The notes under the pieces are model-generated. The model had not been told where the DNA came from and searched no databases. It was given only the letters and a program-made list of their open reading frames with translations. This document shows, piece by piece, positions 31,999 through 42,336 of a DNA stretch of 64,000 nt. Every line of letters starts with the position of its first letter. Position 1 is the first letter of the stretch. A program made the position numbers and the translations under genes. This stretch comes from Escherichia phage p000y: sequence record MK047718.1; one strand, written 5' to 3'.

Positions 31999-32035
31999 TG
32001 GATTACAAAAACATTAATCAATTGAGGAAATTAGC

Positions 32036-32482
32036 ATGTCCAAATATTTAACTCGTAAAGACCTTCTGGCAGTTGGTGGTGAAGTTGTTGCCGTAGTTCG
32101 TAATGGCGAATACGGTTCTGAAGTTTCTAAAGAGTTTCGTTCTCGTGAAGGTTTTTACTTCTTTGTTAAAGGCTCATCCGATTGGCGACAAGTAGCAGCA
32201 CGATTCTTTGTAGGACGTCAACGTTCTAAACAAGGGTTGGATGCAATTCTTTCTCACATTCGTCAAGGCCGTTCGCAACTAGCCCGCACTATGGGCACTA
32301 ACAATATTGAATATGATGTAATCTTTGTTGCAGCTAAGAACATGAAACCACTGACCACTGGTTATGGTAAAGGTCAATTGGCTCTGGCATTCACTCGCAA
32401 CCATACATCAGAATATCAAACACTCACTGAAATGAACCGTCTTCTGGCAGATAATTTCAAATTCATTCTTCAGAGTTACTAA
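32036..32482 (+). CDS. ndd: Ndd nucleoid disruption protein
   Basis: [11 protein letters not shown]...[14 protein letters not shown]...[39 protein letters not shown] matches T4 Ndd as recalled, and the position is right. Confidence 0.8.
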   Translation: MSKYLTRKDLLAVGGEVVAVVRNGEYGSEVSKEFRSREGFYFFVKGSSDWRQVAARFFVGRQRSKQGLDAILSHIRQGRSQLARTMGTNNIEYDVIFVAAKNMKPLTTGYGKGQLALAFTRNHTSEYQTLTEMNRLLADNFKFILQSY

Positions 32483-32534
32483 TTTATACAGGCCTATTAA
32501 GTTGGGCCTTTAATTTATTTTTGAGGTAATTAAA

Positions 32535-32681
32535 ATGATAGCATGGATTATTGCATTGCTGTGTTGGACATTTTTATTCGTTAGCACTTTAGTTACAGGC
32601 GAAACAACAGTATTTCAACAGGCCATATCACAAGGTACCTTAGCGGTCTTAGCTCTTCTTAACGTGTTAAAAGGCGAGTAA
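32535..32681 (+). CDS. small membrane protein (48 aa)
   Basis: GAGG SD. MIAWIIALLCWTFLFVSTLV...LAVLALLNVL. Lies in the ac/stp region of the T4 map. Confidence 0.45.
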   Translation: MIAWIIALLCWTFLFVSTLVTGETTVFQQAISQGTLAVLALLNVLKGE

Positions 32682-32821
32682 TGATTAAGAAAATCTTAGC
32701 AGGAGCCTTCGGGCTCTTGTTGTTGCTTACGGTTCTGTACTACGGTGTGATGTTTGGACTAATCCAAGTAGTGCTTTTCATTTCAGATGTTATAATGGAT
32801 ATTCGTTCATTAATATGGTGA
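32681..32821 (+). CDS. small membrane protein (46 aa)
   Basis: TAATG-coupled. MIKKILAGAFGLLLLLTVLYYGVMFGLIQVVLFI.... Confidence 0.45.
   Translation: MIKKILAGAFGLLLLLTVLYYGVMFGLIQVVLFISDVIMDIRSLIW
32772..32796 (+). promoter_or_regulatory. MotA-dependent middle promoter (gene 52)
   Basis: TGCTTTT 32772-32778, 12-nt spacer, TATAAT 32791-32796. Confidence 0.5.
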
Positions 32822-32825
32822 AAAT

Positions 32826-34151
32826 ATGCAATTGAATTCTCGTAATCTAAAAAGTATTATTGATAACGAAGCCTTAGCATATGCGATGTACACCGTTGAA
32901 AACCGTGCAATCCCAAACATGATTGATGGATTTAAGCCGGTTCAACGTTTTGTGGTCCATCGTGCGTTAGATTTGGCTCGTGGTAATAAAGAAAAATTTC
33001 ATAAACTTGCGTCAATTGCAGGCGGTGTTGCAGATTTAGGTTATCACCATGGTGAATCTTCTGCACAAGATGCAGGTGCATTGATGGCTAACACATGGAA
33101 CAACAACTATCCACTGTTAGATGGCCAAGGCAACTTTGGTTCTAGAACAGTCCAAAAAGCTGCAGCATCTCGTTATATTTTTGCTCGTGTAAGTAAAAAT
33201 TTCTATAACGTATATAAAGATACTGAATATGCTCCAGCTCATGAAGATAAAGAACACATTCCACCAAAATTCTATCTTCCTATTATTCCGACAGTTCTTT
33301 TGAATGGCGTCTCTGGTATTGCAACCGGTTACGCAACAAATATTCTGCCTCATAGTTTTAAATCGGTAAAAAAGGCTGTATTACAAGCTCTTCAAGGTAA
33401 AAATGTCACTAAGCCAAAAGTTGAATTCCCGGAATTCCGTGGTGAAGTACATGAAGTTGATGGGCGTTATGAGATTCACGGAACGTATAAGTTCACATCT
33501 CGCACTCAAATGCAGATAACTGAAATCCCATATAAATTCGACCGTGAAACGTATGTGAGTAAGGTTCTTGACCCGTTGGAAGACAAAGGTCTAATCTCAT
33601 GGGAAGATGATTGTGGTGAACACGGCTTTGGGTTTAAGGTGAAGTTCCGTAAAGAGTACTCGCTTCCTGATGATGAAGAGCTACGTCATGAAAAAATCAT
33701 GAAAGATTTTAGTCTCATCGAACGTCGTTCACAAAACATCACAGTGATTAATGAAAAGGGTAAATTAGCTGTCTACGATAACGTAGTGGACTTAATCAAA
33801 GATTTTGTTGAAGTCCGTAAGACTTACGTTCAGAAACGTATTGACAACAAAATCCTTGAATCTGAAAAAGCATTTAAACTGGCTTTTGCTAAGGCACACT
33901 TCATCAAAAAAGTTATCAACGGTGAAATTGTGATTCAGGGCAAGACTCGTAAAGCTTTGACTGAAGAGCTAGCACAAATAGAAATGTATAAAGAACATGT
34001 CGATAAACTGGTAGGTCTTAACATCTTCCATATCACTTCCGATGAAGCACGTAAACTAGCCGAAGAAGCTAAAGCTAAGAAAGAAGAAAATGAGTATTGG
34101 AAGTCTACTGATGTTGTGACAGAGTACACTAAAGACTTGGAGGCACTTTGA
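32826..34151 (+). CDS. 52: DNA topoisomerase II medium subunit gp52 (GyrA-like)
   Basis: MQLNSRNLKSIIDNEALAYAMYTVENRAIPNMIDGFKPVQR... matches T4 gp52, including the active-site region AASRYIFARV. Confidence 0.97.
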   Translation: MQLNSRNLKSIIDNEALAYAMYTVENRAIPNMIDGFKPVQRFVVHRALDLARGNKEKFHKLASIAGGVADLGYHHGESSAQDAGALMANTWNNNYPLLDGQGNFGSRTVQKAAASRYIFARVSKNFYNVYKDTEYAPAHEDKEHIPPKFYLPIIPTVLLNGVSGIATGYATNILPHSFKSVKKAVLQALQGKNVTKPKVEFPEFRGEVHEVDGRYEIHGTYKFTSRTQMQITEIPYKFDRETYVSKVLDPLEDKGLISWEDDCGEHGFGFKVKFRKEYSLPDDEELRHEKIMKDFSLIERRSQNITVINEKGKLAVYDNVVDLIKDFVEVRKTYVQKRIDNKILESEKAFKLAFAKAHFIKKVINGEIVIQGKTRKALTEELAQIEMYKEHVDKLVGLNIFHITSDEARKLAEEAKAKKEENEYWKSTDVVTEYTKDLEAL

Positions 34152-34226
34152 GTGCCCTAGCCTTAGGATTTCTCGGTGCAATAGCTGCACTAGTGATTTG
34201 GCTGTATTGGTTGGACAAACATGATT

Positions 34227-34248
34227 AGGGAGCTTCGGCTCCTTTTTG
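34227..34248 (+). terminator. rho-independent terminator, UUCG tetraloop
   Basis: AGGGAGC-TTCG-GCTCCTT followed by a T run, after gene 52. Confidence 0.8.
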
Positions 34249-34269
34249 TGCATTTTTCTCACAAAACAG

Positions 34270-34298
34270 TTTACACGTGCTTCAAACATGATATTATA
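34270..34298 (+). promoter_or_regulatory. early promoter (motA)
   Basis: TTTACA 34270-34275, 16 nt, TATTAT 34292-34297. Confidence 0.65.
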
Positions 34299-34336
34299 AA
34301 CCTATCAAAACAAAACAACCGAATTGGAGAAATAAA

Positions 34337-34969
34337 ATGTCTAAAGTTACTTACATCATCAAAGCTTCTGAAAACGCTCTGAATGAAAAAACTGCTGCAA
34401 TAATGGTTTATATCATTAAGAACAACTTCACCACTGCTGCCAATGTCCGTGAAGCTCTGGAAGCAGAATACAATGCATCGGTTGTTAACTCTAACATTGG
34501 TGTATTGATTAAGAAAGGTTTGGTCGAAAAATCCGGTGATGGACTTGTAGCAACAGGCGAAGCAATGGATATTATCCAAAAAGCTGCAGACCTATTTGCT
34601 CAAGAAAATGCTCCAGAACTTCTTCAGAAACGTAACACCAGAAAAGCACGTGGAGTTACTCCTGAAATGCATGAATTAGCAAACTTTGTTTTTGAAAATA
34701 TTAAAGATAAAGTTGAAGTTAAAGAAATTGGTGAAAACCGTAGTAACTTAGAAGTTCGATTTGCAAAACGAGTTCTAGGTATTCGTCAGATCGAAATTCG
34801 TCGAGATGGCGCTCTTAGAATCTTTGCATACAACATGTCAGAAACTGAATCAAAGCTGTTTACTTCTCTTGAAAATGATGTTAAGATTAAGATCGGTGGT
34901 AAATATACTTACATTGACTTCCCTAATGTGTCCAAAGAAATCATTACCCTTGTAACTAACGTACTGTGA
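34337..34969 (+). CDS. motA: MotA middle-transcription activator
   Basis: MSKVTYIIKASENALNEKTAAIM...VLIKKGLVEKSGDGL matches T4 MotA. 210 aa. Confidence 0.93.
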   Translation: MSKVTYIIKASENALNEKTAAIMVYIIKNNFTTAANVREALEAEYNASVVNSNIGVLIKKGLVEKSGDGLVATGEAMDIIQKAADLFAQENAPELLQKRNTRKARGVTPEMHELANFVFENIKDKVEVKEIGENRSNLEVRFAKRVLGIRQIEIRRDGALRIFAYNMSETESKLFTSLENDVKIKIGGKYTYIDFPNVSKEIITLVTNVL

Positions 34970-34979
34970 GGAATACATA

Positions 34980-35309
34980 ATGAATAAGCTGAATATTATT
35001 AACGAACTTCGTAAATGTGCAGAACCTACTCAGGAAGGATGGGATATTTGGTACCACGGGGCTTATTTAGGGACAATTGTAAAGATTAAAGCAGGCCAAT
35101 ATACGGTTATTCGTGAAAATAATGACGCGCCATTTGGCCTTCGTAAAAACTACATGGCAGCGATCAGTTCATTTGTTGATGCAGCTTACGAAATCTATAA
35201 AGAAGATTATAAAGAATATCAGCAGTCACAACCGGTTATTCGTTCAATTGGTGTTAACAAAGCTCAGCAGAAAACTTTGTGGCAACGTATTAAAGGATGG
35301 TTTAAATGA
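34980..35309 (+). CDS. hypothetical protein (109 aa), motA.1 position
   Basis: ORF 10 nt after motA. Confidence 0.6.
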   Translation: MNKLNIINELRKCAEPTQEGWDIWYHGAYLGTIVKIKAGQYTVIRENNDAPFGLRKNYMAAISSFVDAAYEIYKEDYKEYQQSQPVIRSIGVNKAQQKTLWQRIKGWFK

Positions 35310-35767
35310 AAACTTTTAAAGAACGTTTAGCTCTGTTAGATAAAGCTTTGACGCGTGAGACTCCGGAAAGTCTGGCTGCTAAATTAGCTTCTTACGGTGG
35401 TGAATATACAGAACAAAATGTTTTAGATGAAGTTCCTGAAATCTGTTGGCAGACTCTGTATTGGGATGAAAACCAAAAGTATCAACGACGAATTGTCTGC
35501 GCAGCCAACCGTTTTAAATTAAAAGATGGACGAACTCTTATTATTCCAGGTGCTCGTCATTATTCTAAAGATATGGCAGAAGTTTTAGATGTAGTTAAAC
35601 CTCAATTAGTTACTCAACAAGTTTGTGATGATGACCAAGGGTTTATTGACCAGTATAGTAATTATTGGACACGTGAAGAAGCAATGATTATTGCAACTTA
35701 CGCTGGACAAGTACGTATTGAACGTGGTGGTAATGAAAAAGAACTTTACTCTGAGGACCTTTACTAA
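35306..35767 (+). CDS. hypothetical protein (153 aa)
   Basis: ATGA-coupled. Conserved-looking core [27 protein letters not shown]...[21 protein letters not shown], but I cannot name a family. Confidence 0.6.
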   Translation: MKTFKERLALLDKALTRETPESLAAKLASYGGEYTEQNVLDEVPEICWQTLYWDENQKYQRRIVCAANRFKLKDGRTLIIPGARHYSKDMAEVLDVVKPQLVTQQVCDDDQGFIDQYSNYWTREEAMIIATYAGQVRIERGGNEKELYSEDLY

Positions 35768-36048
35768 TGAATCTTAAACAACTCCAGATTGATGCTATTG
35801 AAGCCCACATTAATCATATCAAACGCCTGAATGCTATGATGGAAGAAAATTATGGTATGTATGCTAATCAGCCTGGTTGGGATGCTTTAGACCATCCTTA
35901 TTTGGTTAATTTATGTAAAGGTGATACGTTAGCAATTATTCGTGATGGGTTAAAACCTTTCTTGCGCGACATGTATATTAAAATGAACGAAGAAATTATT
36001 AGCTCGTTGCAATATCAATTAAGGAAATTAGATGATGAGAATAATTGA
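35767..36048 (+). CDS. hypothetical protein (93 aa)
   Basis: TAATG-coupled. Confidence 0.55.
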   Translation: MNLKQLQIDAIEAHINHIKRLNAMMEENYGMYANQPGWDALDHPYLVNLCKGDTLAIIRDGLKPFLRDMYIKMNEEIISSLQYQLRKLDDENN

Positions 36049-36250
36049 TTCTAAAGCAGATTATTTTAATTCTGTTAATGATAAGAATAAAGCTTTAATT
36101 CGCCACTTTATTACTGAGATGGGTTATACTGACTCTAAAGATTTGAAAGAGCACATTATCGAATGTTCTGTGGCTAAAAAGTTTTCTTTCACAGACAAAT
36201 GTTTAAATGAGGTTATAAATCATTATGAACAATCTTGTAGCAAAACATGA
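36032..36250 (+). CDS. hypothetical protein (72 aa)
   Basis: Overlaps the upstream ORF end by 17 nt. Confidence 0.5.
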   Translation: MMRIIDSKADYFNSVNDKNKALIRHFITEMGYTDSKDLKEHIIECSVAKKFSFTDKCLNEVINHYEQSCSKT

Positions 36251-36633
36251 TTTCAATAAGGCTTCTGTCCATAAGGACAAAAAGAAATCAGAACTTCAAT
36301 CTAAACGTAAACAAAAACATAAGGGTAAAGACTATGCTTACTAAAATCAAAGAAAATCCTGCCACTGAACTTGTTATTCGATGTGAAGAACTTGCAGAGC
36401 TTTATCAGGTTAACCGAGAAGTGTGTCGTAGTGTTATCGTAGATATGGAAGATGAAGTCTGTTCTCGTATTCCTTTTAGTGTCGATTTCAATCACATGAA
36501 GCCCGGTGAAATCACTATCGTCTTTGGTTCTGACTATACTGAAGAACGGGCTCTTAACGTCCTAGAATATGAAATGTCGTTTTTCGACATACAGGACTAT
36601 ATTGATAGTTATAAGGAACGATATGAGTCATAA
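36247..36633 (+). CDS. hypothetical acidic protein (arn region of the T4 map)
   Basis: ATGA-coupled ATG at 36247. An alternative ATG at 36334 (AAGGG SD) would give a 99-aa strongly acidic protein. Confidence 0.5.
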   Translation: MISIRLLSIRTKRNQNFNLNVNKNIRVKTMLTKIKENPATELVIRCEELAELYQVNREVCRSVIVDMEDEVCSRIPFSVDFNHMKPGEITIVFGSDYTEERALNVLEYEMSFFDIQDYIDSYKERYES

Positions 36634-36784
36634 TCTTCAGAACGTAGTAGAGGCCGAACGTGAGCGCGAGGCTTTAGTCTATAATGAACTATTAGTTCAA
36701 TTCTTGGTCTTACACTCGTATGAACAGGAAGACTATACCAATTACGTTAAAAGCGTAGAAAAAGCCGTTTACAATCAACACTGA
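36623..36784 (+). CDS. hypothetical protein (53 aa), asiA.1 position
   Basis: ATG 36623 in frame with tracked ORF 36569-36784. Carries the asiA early promoter in its 3' end. Confidence 0.45.
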   Translation: MSHNLQNVVEAEREREALVYNELLVQFLVLHSYEQEDYTNYVKSVEKAVYNQH

Positions 36785-36796
36785 TAATGGTACTAT
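36768..36796 (+). promoter_or_regulatory. early promoter (asiA)
   Basis: TTTACA 36768-36773, 17 nt, TACTAT 36791-36796. Confidence 0.65.
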
Positions 36797-36830
36797 ATCC
36801 ATATCAACTAAGTGGAATGAATAAAACGTT

Positions 36831-37103
36831 ATGAATAAAGACATTGAAATCGTACGTGAAATTATTACTATTGCTTCTATTTTGATTAAATTCTCTAGGG
36901 AAGATATTGTTGAAGACCGAGCAAGTTTCATCGGATTCTTGAATGAGATTGGAATTAAAAAAGATGGTCGGCAGCTAAATCAGAATTCTTTTAGAAAACT
37001 AATTACAAATTTAACTGCCGAAGAAAAGAAAACACTGATTAGTGAATTCAATGAAGGTTTTGAAAATATTTATCGTCATTTAGCGATGTATTCTAACAAC
37101 TAA
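36831..37103 (+). CDS. asiA: AsiA anti-sigma-70 factor
   Basis: MNKDIEIVREIITIASILIKFSREDIVE.RA.FI.FLNEIG...NQNSFRK...FNEGFE matches T4 AsiA. 90 aa. Confidence 0.95.
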   Translation: MNKDIEIVREIITIASILIKFSREDIVEDRASFIGFLNEIGIKKDGRQLNQNSFRKLITNLTAEEKKTLISEFNEGFENIYRHLAMYSNN

Positions 37104-37766
37104 TTATTTAGCCCTTCCTAGTATTCGGATCGCTTGGTTACATATAGCCGCTAAGCGATCTTCCTCAAGTATATTATTATTCCCCTTATACCAATACATC
37201 GTCACAGTTCCAGCATAGATGTTATCCAAATTAAAGTATGGACAACTATACATATAAGAAAGTTCGGCAGTTTTAGATTTTGTAGGCAAAAATGCAAATT
37301 CTGATTTAGACGAGAAATGACGGCCACTTAAATGAATTATATATTCATTGGCCGTTTTATCCACCGGGAATCCGCCAAGGGACTTTTCAGAAATTGTGCT
37401 AGGTAGTTTGCCTTCATAAGCTATAAGGTCGACAAAATAATTTAAGTTTTTAGGTCTGAAAGAATACACAGCACTAAAATCTGCACCAGATGAGATATGA
37501 ACTATTTGCAGTTGTTCTAGAGCCGCAGATTCAAAACGTAAAGCTCGTTCTTTTTGGATTATTTCAGTATAAGTATCATACTTAGCTCTTACATAATAAT
37601 CCAGCAAAATACTTCCTTTGTACCATATTAGTGCCATTAGGAACAAAAGAATAATTACCGCTACTCGGGACATTAAAACCTTTCCAGTAGCGTTATCTTT
37701 GAAAATACGATCTAGCAACCCAAATAGAATATCACTAGGCGAAAATGACACTTTTGGTGTTGCCAT
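37104..37766 (-). CDS. t: holin T
   Basis: 220 aa. N-terminal cytoplasmic segment, a single TM (VAVIILLFLMALIWY) and a large periplasmic domain, like the T4 t product. SD AAGGAGG and late promoter at 37787-37794. Confidence 0.9.
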   Translation of the reverse strand: MATPKVSFSPSDILFGLLDRIFKDNATGKVLMSRVAVIILLFLMALIWYKGSILLDYYVRAKYDTYTEIIQKERALRFESAALEQLQIVHISSGADFSAVYSFRPKNLNYFVDLIAYEGKLPSTISEKSLGGFPVDKTANEYIIHLSGRHFSSKSEFAFLPTKSKTAELSYMYSCPYFNLDNIYAGTVTMYWYKGNNNILEEDRLAAICNQAIRILGRAK

Positions 37767-37775
37767 AATACCTCC

Positions 37776-38327
37776 TTACTTAAAGATATTTATAATCGCT
37801 TTGATAATAGATTTGTTTTCAAGGTCAGGGAATTTAGGGAATTCGCCGCCAAGATGTTCATGTTTTTCTAAAAGGGCAAAGAATTTTTTGAGCTCTTTAA
37901 ATTTTCGTTTTTCTTCTCTATTAGCAACCTCTGCGTCAATAAGAGAACTTAAAACACTGAATAATTTATAGAGTTCATGAATTTTCTTATCACGTTGAAC
38001 TACGCGTTTATATGCTTCATCTTCCTTCCACCCGTCGTCGGTCCAAATGTCAAATTCACCAGGTTCTTCCGTAGTAACATTTTGAAGAGCACCCGGAGTG
38101 TCAATAACAATTTTTTGCTTATCATAAGTCCATACTGTTTTTCCACGATGGTCTTCAACATATACCCATTCTTGTTCGTGTTCATCAAATAAAACAGCAT
38201 AGCCTTCTTTAGGGTCTAAAGGTTTTTTTGGTGTTGAATGAGCCGGAAATCCTACACCTTTTAATGGTTTATAATTTTCTTCTTTGTAAAATTCTTTAGT
38301 GTCAAAATAATAATGATAGAGTTTCAT
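37776..38327 (-). CDS. 38: gp38 T4-type long-tail-fibre assembly chaperone
   Basis: MKLYHYYFDTKEFYKEENYKP...EPGEFDIWTDDGWKEDE...FFALLEKHEHLGGEFP matches T4 gp38. Confidence 0.93.
   Translation of the reverse strand: MKLYHYYFDTKEFYKEENYKPLKGVGFPAHSTPKKPLDPKEGYAVLFDEHEQEWVYVEDHRGKTVWTYDKQKIVIDTPGALQNVTTEEPGEFDIWTDDGWKEDEAYKRVVQRDKKIHELYKLFSVLSSLIDAEVANREEKRKFKELKKFFALLEKHEHLGGEFPKFPDLENKSIIKAIINIFK
37787..37794 (-). promoter_or_regulatory. late promoter (t)
   Basis: Exact TATAAATA on the - strand, inside the 3' end of gene 38 and 21 nt upstream of the t ATG. Confidence 0.7.
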
Positions 38328-38330
38328 ATT

Positions 38331-38351
38331 ATAAAAAGGGACCGAAGTCCC
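38331..38351 (-). terminator. terminator-like hairpin between genes 37 and 38, UUCG tetraloop
   Basis: - strand GGGAC-TTCG-GTCCC followed by T5, immediately before the gene 38 ATG. Confidence 0.6.
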
Positions 38352-38357
38352 TTCTCC

Positions 38358-41300
38358 TTATGCTAAACGAACGATATAGTTAAAAGCAACGTTTTTAACT
38401 GTGTTTTCTGTATTTCCTGTGGCATTTACAGTTATTGTATGTCCATGGGAACCAATCGCTACCGAATGAGAGTGGGCACCAATACCTACAGTATGTGTAT
38501 GGGCACCAATACCTACAGTATGCGCGTGGTTACCTGTGGTACTTGTGGTTCCTGACCAAGAGTGTGTATGGTTACCTTCTGAAGAAGTTTTGGCCATATT
38601 CGACGATGCGGTAGCACCACTCACGGTTGCAGTGAATTTAGCGTTACCGTTTGGACCCGCACTATTGTATCCATCATAGAATACGCTAGTGGGTATGCCG
38701 CCTTGTACCTGAGGACCTGAGCGCGCATGTTGGTGGTTACCTGCAGCACTTGTAGTTCCACTCACCGTATGGTTATGGTTACCTGTGGTATTACTGGTCT
38801 TAGTACCATAATCAAAGCTTGAAGTCGTTTTGCTACCGTAATCAAAACTAGAAGTGGTCTTAGTACCCAAATCTGTGCTTGATGCACTTGCACTATGGCT
38901 ATGTGACTTAACACCGTCTGCTTCTGTACTCAATACAGCACGCCCAGATGGTTTACCCTTGATAGTTTGACCACGCATATCAGGCAGAGTGCCGGAAGGA
39001 TACACCGCAGCTAACTTAGGATACAAGTCAGCATCAAATGTTTGACCTTCCATTATGGCATAACCTTCAGGAGGTGTATCAGTAGGCCAAGGAATCGGAG
39101 CACCGATTGGGTAACTCGAGACAATATCCGTCTTAAGGTTATTTATTGTTGTATTCAAGTTAGCAAAATTACCAGAACCACCAGTGATATTACCATCAGT
39201 ACCAATACGAACATTACCAGCGCCTAATTTACCAGGAGAATAAAAATCACCGTTTTTATTAAATTCCCATCCAAGATCCTTTATAACAGCACCAGTAGAA
39301 ACGCCGTCACCACCTTCGTGATAATGAACTCTAAAGTTACCACCATTAATTAAAGTACCAATAGAATAGCAACTATTATTTTGAACGTATCTTTGTTTCA
39401 CAATAGGAACATAAGTGCTTGTATCTGTTCTATCAATATTCATATAGAACGGAGCACGAACGTTTTCATTATTTTGTGAAGCAAAAGAACCGGCTCCAGC
39501 AGGTCGTGCAGTATCAGTACATTCAGCGTCGATATATGCCGATTGTCCTAATTGCATACGGTAATTAGGAGAAATACGACTATTACTAGTGATAACAACA
39601 AGTTTATTATCATTATCGACCGTTACCATATTACCGCCAGCACCATCATCGCCTAATGTAACGGAATGGCGCATTTGTACCATACCGTTGTTAAGAGAAA
39701 CACTCAATGGGCGAAGGTTAGAAATACCACCACTTTCACCTGCATCTTTAAGTGTAGGTATAATATGCAAAGACGCTTCAGAACGACGGAAAATAGCTCC
39801 ATATTCAGCATTGTAAATACGGAAAGCATCTGCGGTATTACCGATTTTAACTTGACCGGTAATAGAACCACCGCCGGATAAAACAAGCCCGTTATCCATA
39901 GTAACTTGTCCGGATAATGTACTTAATCCATTAACTCTAAGACTTCCATCGGTGATAATGCTCCCTCTTGCATTCAGTTGTCCATTAATTTGTGTTACAA
40001 CAGGTCCCACAGTTTCTGAACCGGTTGGAGCTACGCGCTGAGAATAAAAATAATATCCCTGCCCGTCAGCTACTTCAAAAACTGTTTCACGAGTACGATC
40101 GCCGGATGCGTTAAATGAATTACCCCATGCTTTAACAGTTACGTAGCTTTTATTCTGCCCAGCACGAGTACCACCTTCCCACAAAATTTGCTTAGTGCCA
40201 TCAACTGTAGTAGTTGGAGCGAATGTTAGCCCAGCAGTAGAATTATTAGCTGCTAAATATACACCATTATATATTGAAAGCTGCTTAGTGGATGTAATAC
40301 CGCCATCAGCATAAAACATCACATTATTTGCACCGGTTACCAATTTCAAAATACCCGGGTTAATTTCCATACCTTGTTGGGTATTGATATTCATCTGACC
40401 TGTACCACGGAAATAATGGGAAAATTTACCGCCAGAATTATATCCGATGTGGGTTTGACCATCACCTGCATTGTTTGTATCAGCCTGGGTTTGAACCGAT
40501 AAAAGCGCGGCGTTGGTTCCAGGCATTGTCCAGGTTCCGCCTTGGTCTTCTGAGCGTCCAAATAATGCTTTACGAGTACTACGGAAACTATCAGGAGTAA
40601 TAGAAGCAACAGAATTCCAATTACCTACTAAATCATAAACGCCTTGCTTAATATATTTTAAACCAGTTGCAGCATCGCCCAAAGCAATATATCTTTCTCC
40701 CATTGGAGTAGGAGAGCCGTAGTTGTTAGTATTTTCGTCAGCAGTAATTGTGCCAATAGCAAGTGAACGACGTAATACCATTGCTCCATCATTACGAAGA
40801 CCCATTAATTTAGTAGTAAGTGTATTTCCGGTCCACCAAGAAATTTCATCATTCTTACCAGTTTGAGCTGAAGCGATTTCATGGTAAATGGTTCCACCTG
40901 ATTTAGCTCGAACTTTACGAAGATAGTTTATACCATTTTCTTCACCTGTTCCAGGATAAACATATTGAACTAATGACTGCGAATCGTATTGTCCAAATGC
41001 TTTTGTGTCTAAAACAATGGTTTTCGTATTAACTTGTGGAGCAGAAACTATACCATTAGCGGAGTTAATATTGCCTGACGCAGAAATATTACCTTTGCTG
41101 ACAAATAAATCACCAGTGTCAACTTGGAAATTACCATTACGATTAAAAGTCCAATATTTCGAATCCCCAGTTTCATCAATATAATGGAACTTAAAACTGC
41201 CTTCAGCAACCAATGTACCCGCTGAAAACGTACCATCTTTATAACGTTGCTTAATGAGTGGATGATATTCTGAAATAGAAGTAGTTGAACTTAAATCTGT

Positions 41301-41633
41301 AAAGATAGGAGCTTTATTTAGGTGTTGATTTGCCCACGCGCCATTACCAGCTGTTTTAGGTAAAAATTCAATATATTTTCCTGCATAAACAAACTGATTT
41401 CCATTGAGATTATATGTGCCGTTTTGTAAATAATCACCATTTTGAGTTACATTACCGTTAATATCCCCGCCCTTAGCAAAACCTAGGCTAATAATATTAC
41501 CGAGGTCATCTTTAGTAAAAAGAGTTCGATCTTTTAAGTTTATCGCTAATTCGCCTTCGGCTAATTGTGCTGCAGTAGGATTAACTCCTGCCACTTTGCT
41601 TCTTTTAAATTGTATCTGTTTTAATGTAGCCAT
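38358..41633 (-). CDS. 37: gp37 long tail fibre distal subunit (receptor-binding tip)
   Basis: [13 protein letters not shown]...[11 protein letters not shown]-terminus and a C-terminal His-x-His repeat needle ([48 protein letters not shown]), as in T4 gp37. Confidence 0.95.
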   Translation of the reverse strand: MATLKQIQFKRSKVAGVNPTAAQLAEGELAINLKDRTLFTKDDLGNIISLGFAKGGDINGNVTQNGDYLQNGTYNLNGNQFVYAGKYIEFLPKTAGNGAWANQHLNKAPIFTDLSSTTSISEYHPLIKQRYKDGTFSAGTLVAEGSFKFHYIDETGDSKYWTFNRNGNFQVDTGDLFVSKGNISASGNINSANGIVSAPQVNTKTIVLDTKAFGQYDSQSLVQYVYPGTGEENGINYLRKVRAKSGGTIYHEIASAQTGKNDEISWWTGNTLTTKLMGLRNDGAMVLRRSLAIGTITADENTNNYGSPTPMGERYIALGDAATGLKYIKQGVYDLVGNWNSVASITPDSFRSTRKALFGRSEDQGGTWTMPGTNAALLSVQTQADTNNAGDGQTHIGYNSGGKFSHYFRGTGQMNINTQQGMEINPGILKLVTGANNVMFYADGGITSTKQLSIYNGVYLAANNSTAGLTFAPTTTVDGTKQILWEGGTRAGQNKSYVTVKAWGNSFNASGDRTRETVFEVADGQGYYFYSQRVAPTGSETVGPVVTQINGQLNARGSIITDGSLRVNGLSTLSGQVTMDNGLVLSGGGSITGQVKIGNTADAFRIYNAEYGAIFRRSEASLHIIPTLKDAGESGGISNLRPLSVSLNNGMVQMRHSVTLGDDGAGGNMVTVDNDNKLVVITSNSRISPNYRMQLGQSAYIDAECTDTARPAGAGSFASQNNENVRAPFYMNIDRTDTSTYVPIVKQRYVQNNSCYSIGTLINGGNFRVHYHEGGDGVSTGAVIKDLGWEFNKNGDFYSPGKLGAGNVRIGTDGNITGGSGNFANLNTTINNLKTDIVSSYPIGAPIPWPTDTPPEGYAIMEGQTFDADLYPKLAAVYPSGTLPDMRGQTIKGKPSGRAVLSTEADGVKSHSHSASASSTDLGTKTTSSFDYGSKTTSSFDYGTKTSNTTGNHNHTVSGTTSAAGNHQHARSGPQVQGGIPTSVFYDGYNSAGPNGNAKFTATVSGATASSNMAKTSSEGNHTHSWSGTTSTTGNHAHTVGIGAHTHTVGIGAHSHSVAIGSHGHTITVNATGNTENTVKNVAFNYIVRLA
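38805..38864 (-). repeat. 30-nt tandem duplication inside gene 37
   Basis: + strand units 38805-38834 and 38835-38864 match at about 23 of 30 nt and encode KTTSSFDYG(S/T) twice, just N-terminal to the HxH region. Confidence 0.7.
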
Positions 41634-41641
41634 AAGTCCTC

Positions 41642-42304
41642 TTAATAATAGCCGAAATCTTGAACAGAATCTTTAATTACAATCTGGTCGAAACGAGGAA
41701 CATGATTAGCCTCGGAGGCCGGATTCTGTGAGAAAAAGTTTGGTGCTGTTAAAGTACCAGTCATGGTATCGCCTTTACGCAATACACGGGAATTTGCGTT
41801 ATCCGTAACAATATTTATTCGTCCATCAACATAATCTTTACGAGTAAGGTCATTTGCTGCTATAGGAGCAGTAGCGTTAGAACGGACAGGACCAATTGCA
41901 TAAAAACCGCCCTTAGTGCTGATATCACCGGTACGAGCGTTAATTACAACAGTTCGGTCCGCTGAACCTTGTGATGACTTAAAACCAATACCATTCCACG
42001 AAACGATGTCAATATTTGCCATATCAAAAGTAGCTGCATCACCGTTACCTGGATAAACACCACACTGTTGACTACTACCTACAGTAGGAACATGTACTCC
42101 TCCATTAAATCGAACAGTTGCAGCGTAAGTACCACCATTAGCTTTAGAAACGAAATCGTTATCAGCCGCTTGTGGTTTATTATATTCTGAATAAAGTTTA
42201 AACGTTTTATACAGGACGTCATCACCTGCTGGCATTAAAGGGAAATTACCTTGATGCCATATGACAGCACCGCCAGTTGTACTACCAGCTTTTAAATCGG
42301 CCAT
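41642..42304 (-). CDS. 36: gp36 long tail fibre hinge connector
   Basis: [23 protein letters not shown]...[17 protein letters not shown] matches T4 gp36. Confidence 0.95.
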   Translation of the reverse strand: MADLKAGSTTGGAVIWHQGNFPLMPAGDDVLYKTFKLYSEYNKPQAADNDFVSKANGGTYAATVRFNGGVHVPTVGSSQQCGVYPGNGDAATFDMANIDIVSWNGIGFKSSQGSADRTVVINARTGDISTKGGFYAIGPVRSNATAPIAANDLTRKDYVDGRINIVTDNANSRVLRKGDTMTGTLTAPNFFSQNPASEANHVPRFDQIVIKDSVQDFGYY

Positions 42305-42328
42305 AGTTGTCTCCTTATATGTATACCA

Positions 42329-42336
42329 TATTTATA
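42329..42336 (-). promoter_or_regulatory. late promoter (gene 36)
   Basis: Exact TATAAATA on the - strand, 25 nt upstream of the gene 36 ATG, followed by AAGGAG SD. Confidence 0.75.

Noticed and set aside
34148-34228. 26-aa hydrophobic ORF (SALALGFLGAIAALVIWLYWLDKHD) starting at TTG and overlapping the gene 52 stop
   Set aside because: It is plausible as a mini membrane peptide, but it has a TTG start, no SD, and runs into the terminator stem. The support is not enough to call it.
37098-37110. asiA and t converge with abutting stop codons and no terminator
   Set aside because: This is the same arrangement as in T4. It is an ordinary consequence of the early/late strand switch, not a novel element.
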